The notes under the pieces are model-generated. The model was not told the origin of the DNA. It ran no database searches and worked only from the letters and a program-made list of their open reading frames with translations. From Deltaproteobacteria bacterium (GTDB lineage Bacteria > Myxococcota_A > UBA9160 > SMWR01), in NCBI GenBank assembly GCA_032128115.1, contig JAQBHB010000093.1, forward strand, positions 32,001 through 96,000: a stretch of 64,000 nt of DNA, given 5' to 3'. The position numbers and the translations under genes were made by a program. This document shows positions 29,292 to 37,926 of this stretch, in pieces (within the stretch, counting starts at the first letter, position 1; each line of letters starts with the position of its first letter).

Positions 29292-30935
29292 TCAGGGCGT
29301 GTCGTCGGGGTCGTCGGCGACGACGCAGTTCTTGCCCTGGTCCTTGGCGCGGTAGAGTGCGCGGTCGGCCGCCTTGAAGAAGTGCTTGCGGTTGCCGTCG
29401 AACTGGGCGGCGCCCACGGAGACCGTGAGGCGCATGGGCCGCATGGACTCGTCGAGGATGAACGAGGCTTCCTGGATGGCGGTGCGCACCTTCTCTCCCA
29501 GCTGGTAGGCGCCCTCCAGGTCGGTGTTGGAGCACAGCACCACGAACTCTTCGCCTCCGTAGCGGGCCAGCAGGTCGGTCTCGCGCACCGAATTCATCAG
29601 GATCCGCGCCATGCCGCTCAGGAATTCGTCGCCCGCCGCGTGTCCCAGGCGGTCGTTGAGGCTCTTGAAATCGTCGATATCGATGATCAGCATGGACAGC
29701 GGCTCGTTCACGCGCCCCACACGCTTGATCTCGCGGGTAAGGTGGTCCTGGAAATAGCGGTGGTTGTGGAGCTTGGTGAGTCCGTCCGTGATGGAGAGCT
29801 GGGACAGCACCTCGTTGGCCTGCTCGAGTGACGTGTTTCGATCGCGCAGCTTCCGTTCGGTGGAGTCGATCTCGACCTGCTTCCGGCGCAGCTGACGCAC
29901 CATGTCGTTGAAGACCCGCGTGAGGAGCGAGATCTCGTCGTTCCGCCTGGGCTCGGGAATCTCCACATCGAAACGGCCCTGGGCGATGCGTCGGGCCCCG
30001 TCGGAGAGGGTTTCGATGGGCTTGACCGCCGTTGTGGTGATCGAGAAGGCCAGGAATCCGAAGAAAAGGAGGATGGCGAGATCCACTGCGAAGGTCTGGG
30101 TCACCACCTTCATCAGCGGCTCGAAGGCCCGTTCGAAGGGGACCTCGGCCGCCAGGTGCCAACCCAACGCGCCAAGGGGCGCGGCGCCGCCAAGCACCTG
30201 GCGCCCGTTCACGTCCTTGTAGTCGCGAAGCCCGGGCTCGCCGCTGACCAGGGTCGCTAGAGCGAGACCCGTGCGGCCCTCGCCCGCGCCGGCTCCCACC
30301 AGGACGCGTCCCCGGGCGTCCAACAGGTAGGTGGCGTCGGCCTCGGGCGGGCCGGCTTGTGCCAGGACCGCGCGCACGACGGAGGGCCGTAGCGTTCCCA
30401 CCAGGGCGCCCAGTCGTCGCGTCCCGGTCCCGATGGGAACCGCGATCACGCCGCCGTAGGGGTCCAGATTCGAAGCCAGGGCCCAGGGGCCGTCGCCCTC
30501 CTGCTGGGGAAAACTCCGCTCCAGGACCTCCGACGGCAGCGCCTGGGCGGCGCCGATCGCCATTCGCAGGGCGTGGTTCCGATCCACGACAGCAAGGCCC
30601 GAGAAGTAGTCCGACGCCGCGAGCAACCGCTCGCCGGTGGCCGCCAGCGGAGCCAACCGGCCGGAGCGTTGACGTGCCATGCCCGGGTTTTGAGCCTGCC
30701 TGCGCAGCTCGCGTTCGGCCGCTTCCAGCAGGCTCCGGACGTCTTGCGCGGAGACCGCCAACTCGGCCGGGTAGGACCGATCCAGCGCGGCCTGCAACTG
30801 GGTACGGGCCGACCAGATCGAGATCCAGCTCACCCCCCCCCCGGTCGTCAGTGTCGACAGGAAGACGAACAGGATGATCTTGCTGGCCAGTCCGCTGAGC
30901 GGCGGCCGAGCGAGTTCCAGATGCCGTTCCGGCAT
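29292..30935 (-). CDS. Membrane sensor diguanylate cyclase (Cache-like + HAMP + GGDEF)
   Basis: Two TM helices, HAMP (DEISLLTRVFNDM), TDGLTKL, DIDDFK, RETD I-site and GGEEF. Confidence 0.92.
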   Translation of the reverse strand: MPERHLELARPPLSGLASKIILFVFLSTLTTGGGVSWISIWSARTQLQAALDRSYPAELAVSAQDVRSLLEAAERELRRQAQNPGMARQRSGRLAPLAATGERLLAASDYFSGLAVVDRNHALRMAIGAAQALPSEVLERSFPQQEGDGPWALASNLDPYGGVIAVPIGTGTRRLGALVGTLRPSVVRAVLAQAGPPEADATYLLDARGRVLVGAGAGEGRTGLALATLVSGEPGLRDYKDVNGRQVLGGAAPLGALGWHLAAEVPFERAFEPLMKVVTQTFAVDLAILLFFGFLAFSITTTAVKPIETLSDGARRIAQGRFDVEIPEPRRNDEISLLTRVFNDMVRQLRRKQVEIDSTERKLRDRNTSLEQANEVLSQLSITDGLTKLHNHRYFQDHLTREIKRVGRVNEPLSMLIIDIDDFKSLNDRLGHAAGDEFLSGMARILMNSVRETDLLARYGGEEFVVLCSNTDLEGAYQLGEKVRTAIQEASFILDESMRPMRLTVSVGAAQFDGNRKHFFKAADRALYRAKDQGKNCVVADDPDDTP

Positions 30936-31125
30936 GCCCCGAATCTTCCCCTCCGAAGGCTGATATCGACGCGCCCGGCAACCTGCTTGACTCCTGTCGC
31001 ATCTCAGCTGCTCTTGAAAAGCGGCGCTGTTTCCGATACTTAGCCAGAGTCGCCAGGGAGTTCGGCGGCGATCCCGGTGAAATCCGATAACCCCTCGCAA
31101 TACCGACGGATTTCCCAGAAAGGGT

Positions 31126-31154
31126 TTGCGTGGACCGAGGGGCTCCAGTATATT
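31126..31154 (+). promoter_or_regulatory. Putative sigma70 promoter for the pheA operon
   Basis: TTGCGT-N17-TATATT in AT-richer intergenic DNA, about 100 nt upstream of pheA. Confidence 0.5.
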
Positions 31155-31257
31155 GCGCGAGTCTTTTCAATGGGTTAGCGGACTTTCCGCATCTGGTGGG
31201 AGGTGCGCCCCTCTTCCTCCAATCCGCAGCGCCCGGCATGCGATGACGGAAGAGACG

Positions 31258-32403
31258 ATGGCCGAGCCCGGACAGTCGAGCCCCACAGCCGTTTCGGACG
31301 CCGAAACGGAGTTGGCCGGCCTGCGTCGCCGCATCGACGAGGTGGATCAGAAGATTCTGGAGCAACTCAACGATCGCGCCCGCCTGGTTCAGGAGGTGGG
31401 GGAGTTCAAGAAGGGCTGCGGGACGTCGGTCTATGCCGCTGCGCGCGAGCGTGAGATCGTCGAGCGGCTCGAAGCCGCCAATCCAGGCCCGTTCCCCGCC
31501 GCCGGACTGGGACCCGTGTTTCGCGAGATCATCTCTTCCACCCGGTCTCTGGAGTCGGTCCTGCAGGTGGCGTACCTGGGGCCTGCGGGAACCTTCAGTC
31601 ACCTGGCGGCGACCCAGCAGTTCGGGAATCTGGCGGAACTCATCCCGGTGTCTTCGCTCGCCGACGTGTTCGCGGCCGTCGAGCGCGGTCGTGCCGATCT
31701 GGGGATCGTGCCCGTGGAGAACACCACCCAGGGGGTGGTCACCGAGACCCTGGACGCGTTTGCCAACTTCGATCTCACCGTCTGCGGCGAAGCCCTGCTG
31801 CGGATCTCCCAGGATCTCTTCTCGCGCAGCGGTCGTCTGGAAGACGTGCGCCGCGTGGCGTCGCACCCGCAGCCGCTCGCCCAGTGCCGACACTGGCTGG
31901 ATCGCAACCTGGCGGATGCAGAACGCGTCGAGACGGCCAGCACCTCGGCCGCCGCGCAGGCCGCCGCCGAGGACGAAAGCGTTGCCGCCATCGGAAGCGC
32001 CATGGCCGGCCGCGCCTACGATCTCCGTACCATCGAGAAGTCGATCGAAGATCGCAGCGACAACACCACGCGTTTCCTGGTGTTGGGAACGCGCGAGCCC
32101 GAAGCCAGCGGCGACGATCTCACGTCGGCTGTCTTCACGATCCGCAAGGACCAGGCCGGGGCGCTGTACCGGCTGATCGAGCCGTTCGCGCGCTCCGGGG
32201 TGAGCCTCACCTCGATCCAGCAGCGCCCCATCCAGGGGAAGCCCTGGGAGTACCTGTTCTTCGTGGATGTGGAAGGTCACAGGAGCGAGAAAGCCGTGGC
32301 GGAAGCCCTTGCGGCTGCCGCCGAGATCGCCCACTCCCACCGGATCCTGGGTTCGTTTCCGCGTGCGCGCCGAAGCGAAACGGGTCCCGGAGGGCGTCGC
32401 TAG
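31258..32403 (+). CDS. pheA: Chorismate mutase / prephenate dehydratase
   Basis: LRRRIDEVD (CM), VAYLGPAGTFS, PVENTTQG, NTTRFLV, ACT domain. Start could be 31243 or 31258. Confidence 0.95.
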   Translation: MAEPGQSSPTAVSDAETELAGLRRRIDEVDQKILEQLNDRARLVQEVGEFKKGCGTSVYAAAREREIVERLEAANPGPFPAAGLGPVFREIISSTRSLESVLQVAYLGPAGTFSHLAATQQFGNLAELIPVSSLADVFAAVERGRADLGIVPVENTTQGVVTETLDAFANFDLTVCGEALLRISQDLFSRSGRLEDVRRVASHPQPLAQCRHWLDRNLADAERVETASTSAAAQAAAEDESVAAIGSAMAGRAYDLRTIEKSIEDRSDNTTRFLVLGTREPEASGDDLTSAVFTIRKDQAGALYRLIEPFARSGVSLTSIQQRPIQGKPWEYLFFVDVEGHRSEKAVAEALAAAAEIAHSHRILGSFPRARRSETGPGGRR

Positions 32404-32407
32404 GGCC

Positions 32408-33535
32408 ATGGCATTGGAACGCGTCGTCAAGCCCCACGTGCTCTCGCTCGAGCCCTACGAACCCGGCAAGCCGGCGGAAGAGCTGGACCGGGAGCTGGGG
32501 ATCGAGGGCTCCATCAAGCTGGCATCCAACGAGAACCCCAACGGTCCGTCACCGCGGGCGGTCGAGGCCGTTCGCGCTGCCGCCGCAACGGTGCACCGCT
32601 ATCCGGACGGGGCGAGCTTCGCCTTGCGCCATCGGCTCGCTCGCGATCTGGCAGTGGACGGGTCCCAGTTGGTGTTCGGCTGCGGAGCCGACGAGTTGCT
32701 CGAACTCCTGTGCAAGGTGCTGGTGGGACCTGGCGATGAGGTGGTCTACGCCTGGCCGTCGTTCGCCATGTATCCGATCGTGGTGCGCGGAATGGGCGGC
32801 ACCCCGGTACCCGTGTCTCTGACTCCGGACTTCGTACACGACCTGCCGGCCCTGGCTGCGGCCATCACCAAACGCACGCGGCTCGTGCTGGTGTGCAATC
32901 CGAACAATCCGACGGGGACCAGCGTGGGTGCCGAGGCCCTGGACGGCTTCCTGGCGGGCCTGCCATCGGACGTGGTGGTGGCCATCGATGAGGCCTACGT
33001 GGACTTCGCGCGGCGCAGCGACTTCCCGGATTCGTTGGCCTGGGTTCGTCGCCGACCGGGGACGATCGTGCTGCGCACGTTCTCGAAGATCCTGGGCCTG
33101 GCGGGTCTGCGCATCGGCTACGGCGTCGCCGACGCCGAGCTGGCCGACTACCTGCAGCGGGCGCGGCATCCGTTCAACGTGAATCGGCTGGCGGAAGTGG
33201 CGGCGCTCGCGGCCCTGGACGACCTGGAGCACGTGGAGCGCACGCTGCGCGCCAACGCCGAGGGTGTCGACTACCTGACCCGGGAACTCGAGGCGCTGGG
33301 CGTCCAGGTCTGGCCCACGGACGCGAACTTCCTGCTGGCGCGCACGGGCCCGGGTGTCCAGGAGCGGTTGCTGAGCGAGGGGGTGATCGTACGTCCCCTC
33401 CACGGCTTCGGAATGCCGGAACACGTGCGGATCAGCATCGGTCTGCCCGAAGAGAACGAGCGCCTGGTCAAGACCCTGCGCCGCCTGAACGAGTCGCGCC
33501 CGGGTGAGAGCTCCCGTCGCGAGGGGGTGGCGTGA
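32408..33535 (+). CDS. hisC: Histidinol-phosphate aminotransferase
   Basis: KLASNENP, NPNNPTG, DEAY, RTFSK..GLAGLRIGY. Confidence 0.94.
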   Translation: MALERVVKPHVLSLEPYEPGKPAEELDRELGIEGSIKLASNENPNGPSPRAVEAVRAAAATVHRYPDGASFALRHRLARDLAVDGSQLVFGCGADELLELLCKVLVGPGDEVVYAWPSFAMYPIVVRGMGGTPVPVSLTPDFVHDLPALAAAITKRTRLVLVCNPNNPTGTSVGAEALDGFLAGLPSDVVVAIDEAYVDFARRSDFPDSLAWVRRRPGTIVLRTFSKILGLAGLRIGYGVADAELADYLQRARHPFNVNRLAEVAALAALDDLEHVERTLRANAEGVDYLTRELEALGVQVWPTDANFLLARTGPGVQERLLSEGVIVRPLHGFGMPEHVRISIGLPEENERLVKTLRRLNESRPGESSRREGVA

Positions 33536-34464
33536 CGCCCGATTTCCAGCGGGTGGCGGTTCTGGGACTGGGTCTGCTGGGAGGCTCGGTTGCGCTGGCG
33601 GTCCGTGGTCGGGGCGTGGCGGCCTGCGTCAGCGGTGCGGGCCGACGCCGTGAGGTGGCGGATCGGGCCCTGGCACAGGGCGCCATCGACGAGGCCGGGA
33701 GCTACGAGGAGGCGGTGAGCGGGGCGGAGCTGGTGGTGCTGGCGACCCCCGTATTCGCCATGAGCGAAATGGTGAGCAAGATCGCCCCGGCCCTGGCGGA
33801 GGGCGCGATCGTCACCGATGTGGGAAGCGTGAAGGGCGCCCTGGTGGAGACGCTGCCGGGACTGCTGCCCCGCGGTGTCCACTACGTAGGCTCCCACCCC
33901 ATGGCGGGGAGTCACCAGCGCGGCATCGAGCACGCGCGGGCCGATCTCTTCGAGGGTGCGCCCTGCGTCGTGACGACCAGTAGCGATGCGCGGGCGCAGC
34001 AGCGCGTGTGCGACTTCTGGAGCGCCCTGGGGGCCGTTGTCCTGATCCGGGACCCGGCGGTGCACGATGAAGAAGTGGCGTGGATGAGCCATGTGCCCCA
34101 TGTGCTTGCGTTCGCCTTCGCCCGGGCGCTGGAACGGGCTCCAGCCGGCGCCCACCAGGTGGCCGGCACGGGATTTCGCGATTTCACCCGGATCGCCCAG
34201 AGCGATCCGGAGCTGTGGGGTGGCATCCTCACGGCGAACCGGAAGGCGATCGCCGCGCCGTTGCAATCGGTGGCCGAGGCCCTGACCGAGCTGGGCCGGG
34301 CCATCGAGGCGGACGATGCGGATGCGCTGGAGCGCTGGATTGCCATGGCGCGCGAGGCCCTGTCCTCGATTGATTCCAACTCCGTAGGGTGCGATGAGCG
34401 CACTCCCGCGGACTCCACCCAGACCCTTACGGGGAGCGCAGGCTCTCCAGAGGCAAAGGACTGA
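33532..34464 (+). CDS. tyrA: Prephenate/arogenate dehydrogenase
   Basis: GLGLLGGS, TDVGSVK, HPMAGS, SHVPH, GFRDFTRIA. Confidence 0.93.
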   Translation: MTPDFQRVAVLGLGLLGGSVALAVRGRGVAACVSGAGRRREVADRALAQGAIDEAGSYEEAVSGAELVVLATPVFAMSEMVSKIAPALAEGAIVTDVGSVKGALVETLPGLLPRGVHYVGSHPMAGSHQRGIEHARADLFEGAPCVVTTSSDARAQQRVCDFWSALGAVVLIRDPAVHDEEVAWMSHVPHVLAFAFARALERAPAGAHQVAGTGFRDFTRIAQSDPELWGGILTANRKAIAAPLQSVAEALTELGRAIEADDADALERWIAMAREALSSIDSNSVGCDERTPADSTQTLTGSAGSPEAKD

Positions 34465-34474
34465 TCAACTTCGA

Positions 34475-36184
34475 ATGAATGAGGCCACCACGACGGGAGC
34501 CGGCGAGAGCTTCGCCGAGCTCTTTGAACAGAGCGTCAAGAACTTCAAGGAGGGCGAGGTCGTCCGCGGCACGGTGCTGTCGATAGACGAGGATCACGTC
34601 CAGATCGACATCGGTTTCAAGTCAGAAGGGCTCGTGCCCACATGGGAGTTCATGGACGAGGATGGAATCCTCCTCGTGGCTGCCGGCGACACGGTGGACG
34701 TGCTGGTGGAGGAGTCCGAGGATTCGTACGGGCGGATCGTGCTTTCCAAGGAGAAGGCCGACCGTCTGCTGATCTGGGACGAGATCAGCAATGCGTTCAA
34801 GGCCGACGAGCCGGTCGAAGGAATCGTCGTGGCCCGGGTGAAGGGCGGTTTGGCGGTGGACATCGGGGTCAAGGCCTTCCTGCCCGGTTCCCAGGTCGAC
34901 CTCCGGCCCGTGCGAAATCTGGAGCACGTGGTCGGGCAGAAGCTTCAGTTCAAGATCATCAAATTCAACAAGCGTCGCGGCAACATCGTGCTCTCTCGGC
35001 GCGCTCTGCTCGAGACCGAGCGCCGGAAGCTGCGTGAGACCACGCTCGAGACCCTGGCTCCCGGCCAGATCATCGATGGCGTGATCAAGAACCTCACCGA
35101 CTACGGAGCGTTCATCGACCTGGGCGGGATCGACGGCCTGCTGCACGTGACGGACATGTCGTGGGGGCGGGTCAGCCACCCCAGCGAGCTGTTCAACGTG
35201 GGCGACGAGATCAAGGTCAAGGTGCTCAAGTTCGACGTGGAGAGCGAACGGGTCTCGCTGGGCCTCAAGCAGATCCAGCCCGATCCCTGGATCGATGCCT
35301 CCCTCCGCTACCCGGTGGGCAAGCGGGTCACTGGCAAGGTGGTTTCGCTGGCGGAGTACGGTGCGTTCGTCGAGCTGGAAGCGGGCATCGAGGGACTGAT
35401 CCACGTGTCCGAGATGTCCTGGACCAAGCGCGTCAAACATCCCTCCAAGGTGGTGTCCGTGGGCGACGAAGCCGAGTCGGTCGTCCTGGACGTGGACGAG
35501 CGCGAGCGCAAGATCGCCCTGGGCATGAAGCAGATCGAGGAGAATCCCTGGAGCGTGATCGAGGAGTCCTACCCCATTGGCACCCGGGTCACGGGGACGA
35601 TCCGCAACATCACCAACTTCGGAATCTTCGTGGGTCTCGAGGAGGGGATCGACGGCCTCGTGCACGTGTCCGACGTGTCGTGGACCGAGCAGATCAAGCA
35701 TCCCGGTGAGAAATTCAAGAAGGGGGATGCGATCGAGGCGGTGGTGCTCAAGATCGACAAGGAGAACGAGAAGTTCTCCCTGGGCATCAAGCAGCTCGAG
35801 GCGAATCCGTGGGAGGAGATCCTCAAGAAGTACCCGGTGGGCAGCGAGGTCACTGGAGAGGTCACGCGAGTGGCGGACTTCGGCGCCTTCGTGAAGCTCG
35901 AAGAGGGGATCGAGGGGCTGATCTACAGCTCCGAACTCTCGACGGAACGGGTCGATAACCCGACCGAAGTGGTCTCGGAAGGCCAGCAGCTCACCGCCCT
36001 GGTGGTGAAGGTCGATCCGACGGAACAAAAGATCTCGCTCTCGATCAAGGCGCTTAGCGACAAGGAGCAGCGCAACACATTGAAGAAGCTGGCTGTGGAA
36101 CAGTCGCGAAGCCAGACGGCGACACTTGGCGATCTGCTCGCCGACAAGCTGGCGCAGAAGGCCGATGGGGGTGACGAGCAATGA
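34475..36184 (+). CDS. rpsA: 30S ribosomal protein S1
   Basis: Six S1 repeats (DIGFKSEG, AFLPGSQVD, YGAFIDLGGIDGLLH...). Confidence 0.98.
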   Translation: MNEATTTGAGESFAELFEQSVKNFKEGEVVRGTVLSIDEDHVQIDIGFKSEGLVPTWEFMDEDGILLVAAGDTVDVLVEESEDSYGRIVLSKEKADRLLIWDEISNAFKADEPVEGIVVARVKGGLAVDIGVKAFLPGSQVDLRPVRNLEHVVGQKLQFKIIKFNKRRGNIVLSRRALLETERRKLRETTLETLAPGQIIDGVIKNLTDYGAFIDLGGIDGLLHVTDMSWGRVSHPSELFNVGDEIKVKVLKFDVESERVSLGLKQIQPDPWIDASLRYPVGKRVTGKVVSLAEYGAFVELEAGIEGLIHVSEMSWTKRVKHPSKVVSVGDEAESVVLDVDERERKIALGMKQIEENPWSVIEESYPIGTRVTGTIRNITNFGIFVGLEEGIDGLVHVSDVSWTEQIKHPGEKFKKGDAIEAVVLKIDKENEKFSLGIKQLEANPWEEILKKYPVGSEVTGEVTRVADFGAFVKLEEGIEGLIYSSELSTERVDNPTEVVSEGQQLTALVVKVDPTEQKISLSIKALSDKEQRNTLKKLAVEQSRSQTATLGDLLADKLAQKADGGDEQ

Positions 36185-36507
36185 CCAAGAGCGGCCTGAT
36201 CGAGGCGGTCGCCGACAGGACCCCGCACATCTCGAAGAAGGACACGGAGATCGTGGTGAACACGATCTTCGATGCGATGGCCGCTGCGCTCAAGCACGGC
36301 GAGCGCATCGAGATCCGCGGCTTCGGGAGTTTCCAGGTCAAGGTGCGGGAAGCGCGGGAGGGTCGGAATCCGAAGACCGGCGAGCCTGTGCACATTTCCG
36401 CCAAGCGCACGCCGTTCTTCAAGGTGGGCAAGGAACTCAAGGAAATGGTCGACGACGCCCCCAAGAGCGAGGATTCGGCCGCCATGGGGAACTCCGAGTC
36501 GGCCTGA
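36181..36507 (+). CDS. ihfB: Integration host factor beta subunit
   Basis: MTKSGLIE, RIEIRGFGSF, GRNPKTG; follows rpsA. Confidence 0.93.
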   Translation: MTKSGLIEAVADRTPHISKKDTEIVVNTIFDAMAAALKHGERIEIRGFGSFQVKVREAREGRNPKTGEPVHISAKRTPFFKVGKELKEMVDDAPKSEDSAAMGNSESA

Positions 36508-36514
36508 GGGCGCC

Positions 36515-36889
36515 ATGATGCGGATGCGGTTTGCGCGTCGGGCGCTCGGCTTCGGGCTCTTCGTTGGGGCGCTCGCCCTCGGGTGGGCCTTCGGCGGCAG
36601 GAACTCGTCCCCGATCGCCGTGGACTATCTGCTGGGGGTAACCCCGGCGGCGCCGCTGTGGGGCGTGCTGCTGGGTGCCTTTGCCATGGGAGCCGTCGGC
36701 GTGGGTGCCTGGGGCGCCTTCCAGGTGGCGAAGCTGGAGCTGGTAGCCCGCCGTTATCGCAAGCAGGTTCATGGGCTCGAATCCGAGGTCCACCAGCTTC
36801 GGAACCTGCCGCTGGCCGATGAGCCCGGGCGGGGCGACCCGCTGGCCGCCGACATCGCGCCAGGGCCTGCTCTCGGGCGGGGCGCGTAG
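36515..36889 (+). CDS. lapA: LapA family (LPS assembly protein A)
   Basis: Two TM helices with a central N..P..VDYL segment, basic C-terminus ending LRNLP; located between ihfB and a TPR gene. Confidence 0.75.
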   Translation: MMRMRFARRALGFGLFVGALALGWAFGGRNSSPIAVDYLLGVTPAAPLWGVLLGAFAMGAVGVGAWGAFQVAKLELVARRYRKQVHGLESEVHQLRNLPLADEPGRGDPLAADIAPGPALGRGA

Positions 36890-36894
36890 TCCGC

Positions 36895-37926
36895 ATGCGC
36901 TGGCTCGTGCGGGCGTTCGGGGGGAACGCGCGCGCGCCGCGGGACGTCGATGCGACGCTGCGGTCAGCGCTTCTCGCCGTGCTGGATCGCAATCTGGACG
37001 AAGCGGAGTCCTTGCTGACGCGGGCGGTGCGGATCGATTCGACCGCGACGGAGCCCTACCAGGCGCTGGCTCGCCTGTACCGAGCGCGCGGGGAGATCGG
37101 CCGGGCGATTCGCATCCACCAGAACCTGCTGATGCGCGCCGACCTGCGCACCGAGCCGGGTGTTTCGGTGCTGGCGGATCTGGCCGAGGACTTTCGGCGC
37201 GGGGGCTTCCTGCGCCGGGCGATCGCGTCGTATCGCGAGGTCGTGCGCCACGACCCTCGCCACCGCCGCGCCCTGCAGGCGCTGGTGGATTTATTGTCGG
37301 AGGTGCGGGATTTCGAGGCGGCAATCGGGATGGAGCGGCGACTCGCCCGCCTGGAGCGACGCGGCTCGGGCACGGGGGAGGCGCGGCTGCGCGTGGCCAT
37401 GGCGCAGGCCGCTCGGGCCGAGGGGCGTGGCGACGACGCCCTGCGCGCGGTGAAACAGGCACTGCGCAAGGATCGCCAGCTGTCGGACGCCTGGATCGTC
37501 CTGGGAGAGCTGGAATCGGAACGCGGTCGTGTGCGTTCGGCGGTGAAGGCCTGGAAGCGCGCCTCCGAGATCGATCGGAACAGCGGCGCCCGGGTCTACC
37601 CACGGCTGGCTGCGGCCTACGCCAGCCTGGATCGCGCGGTCGAGTACGAGAACTGGCTGCGCCAGGGAATCGAAGGCCACGCCGACGATGTGGAGGCTCG
37701 CCTCGCCCTGGCGCGCTCGCTGGCGGGCCGAGGCGACGCGGCGTCGGCCCTCGACGAGCTGCGCCGGGGGCTGGAACGGCATCCCGAGAACCTCGAGCTG
37801 CGCGGGACCCTGGGTCGCATCCTGCTCTCCGAGCACCGGGACCCGGATGCGATCGTTGCGTATGCGGAGCTGTTGGACGTGATCGAGCGCGGCTCTTCGA
37901 AACCTGGAGCGGAGCACCTGTCGTGA
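36895..37926 (+). CDS. lapB: LapB-like tetratricopeptide repeat protein
   Basis: LYRARGEIGRAIRIHQNL, LAEDFRRGGFL..A; synteny with lapA. No C-terminal CxxC pairs. Confidence 0.7.
   Translation: MRWLVRAFGGNARAPRDVDATLRSALLAVLDRNLDEAESLLTRAVRIDSTATEPYQALARLYRARGEIGRAIRIHQNLLMRADLRTEPGVSVLADLAEDFRRGGFLRRAIASYREVVRHDPRHRRALQALVDLLSEVRDFEAAIGMERRLARLERRGSGTGEARLRVAMAQAARAEGRGDDALRAVKQALRKDRQLSDAWIVLGELESERGRVRSAVKAWKRASEIDRNSGARVYPRLAAAYASLDRAVEYENWLRQGIEGHADDVEARLALARSLAGRGDAASALDELRRGLERHPENLELRGTLGRILLSEHRDPDAIVAYAELLDVIERGSSKPGAEHLS

Noticed and set aside
36771..37922. Apparent 1291-aa MutS fusion
   Set aside because: The extension overlaps the lapB-like gene in another frame; MutS motifs begin right after GTG 37923.
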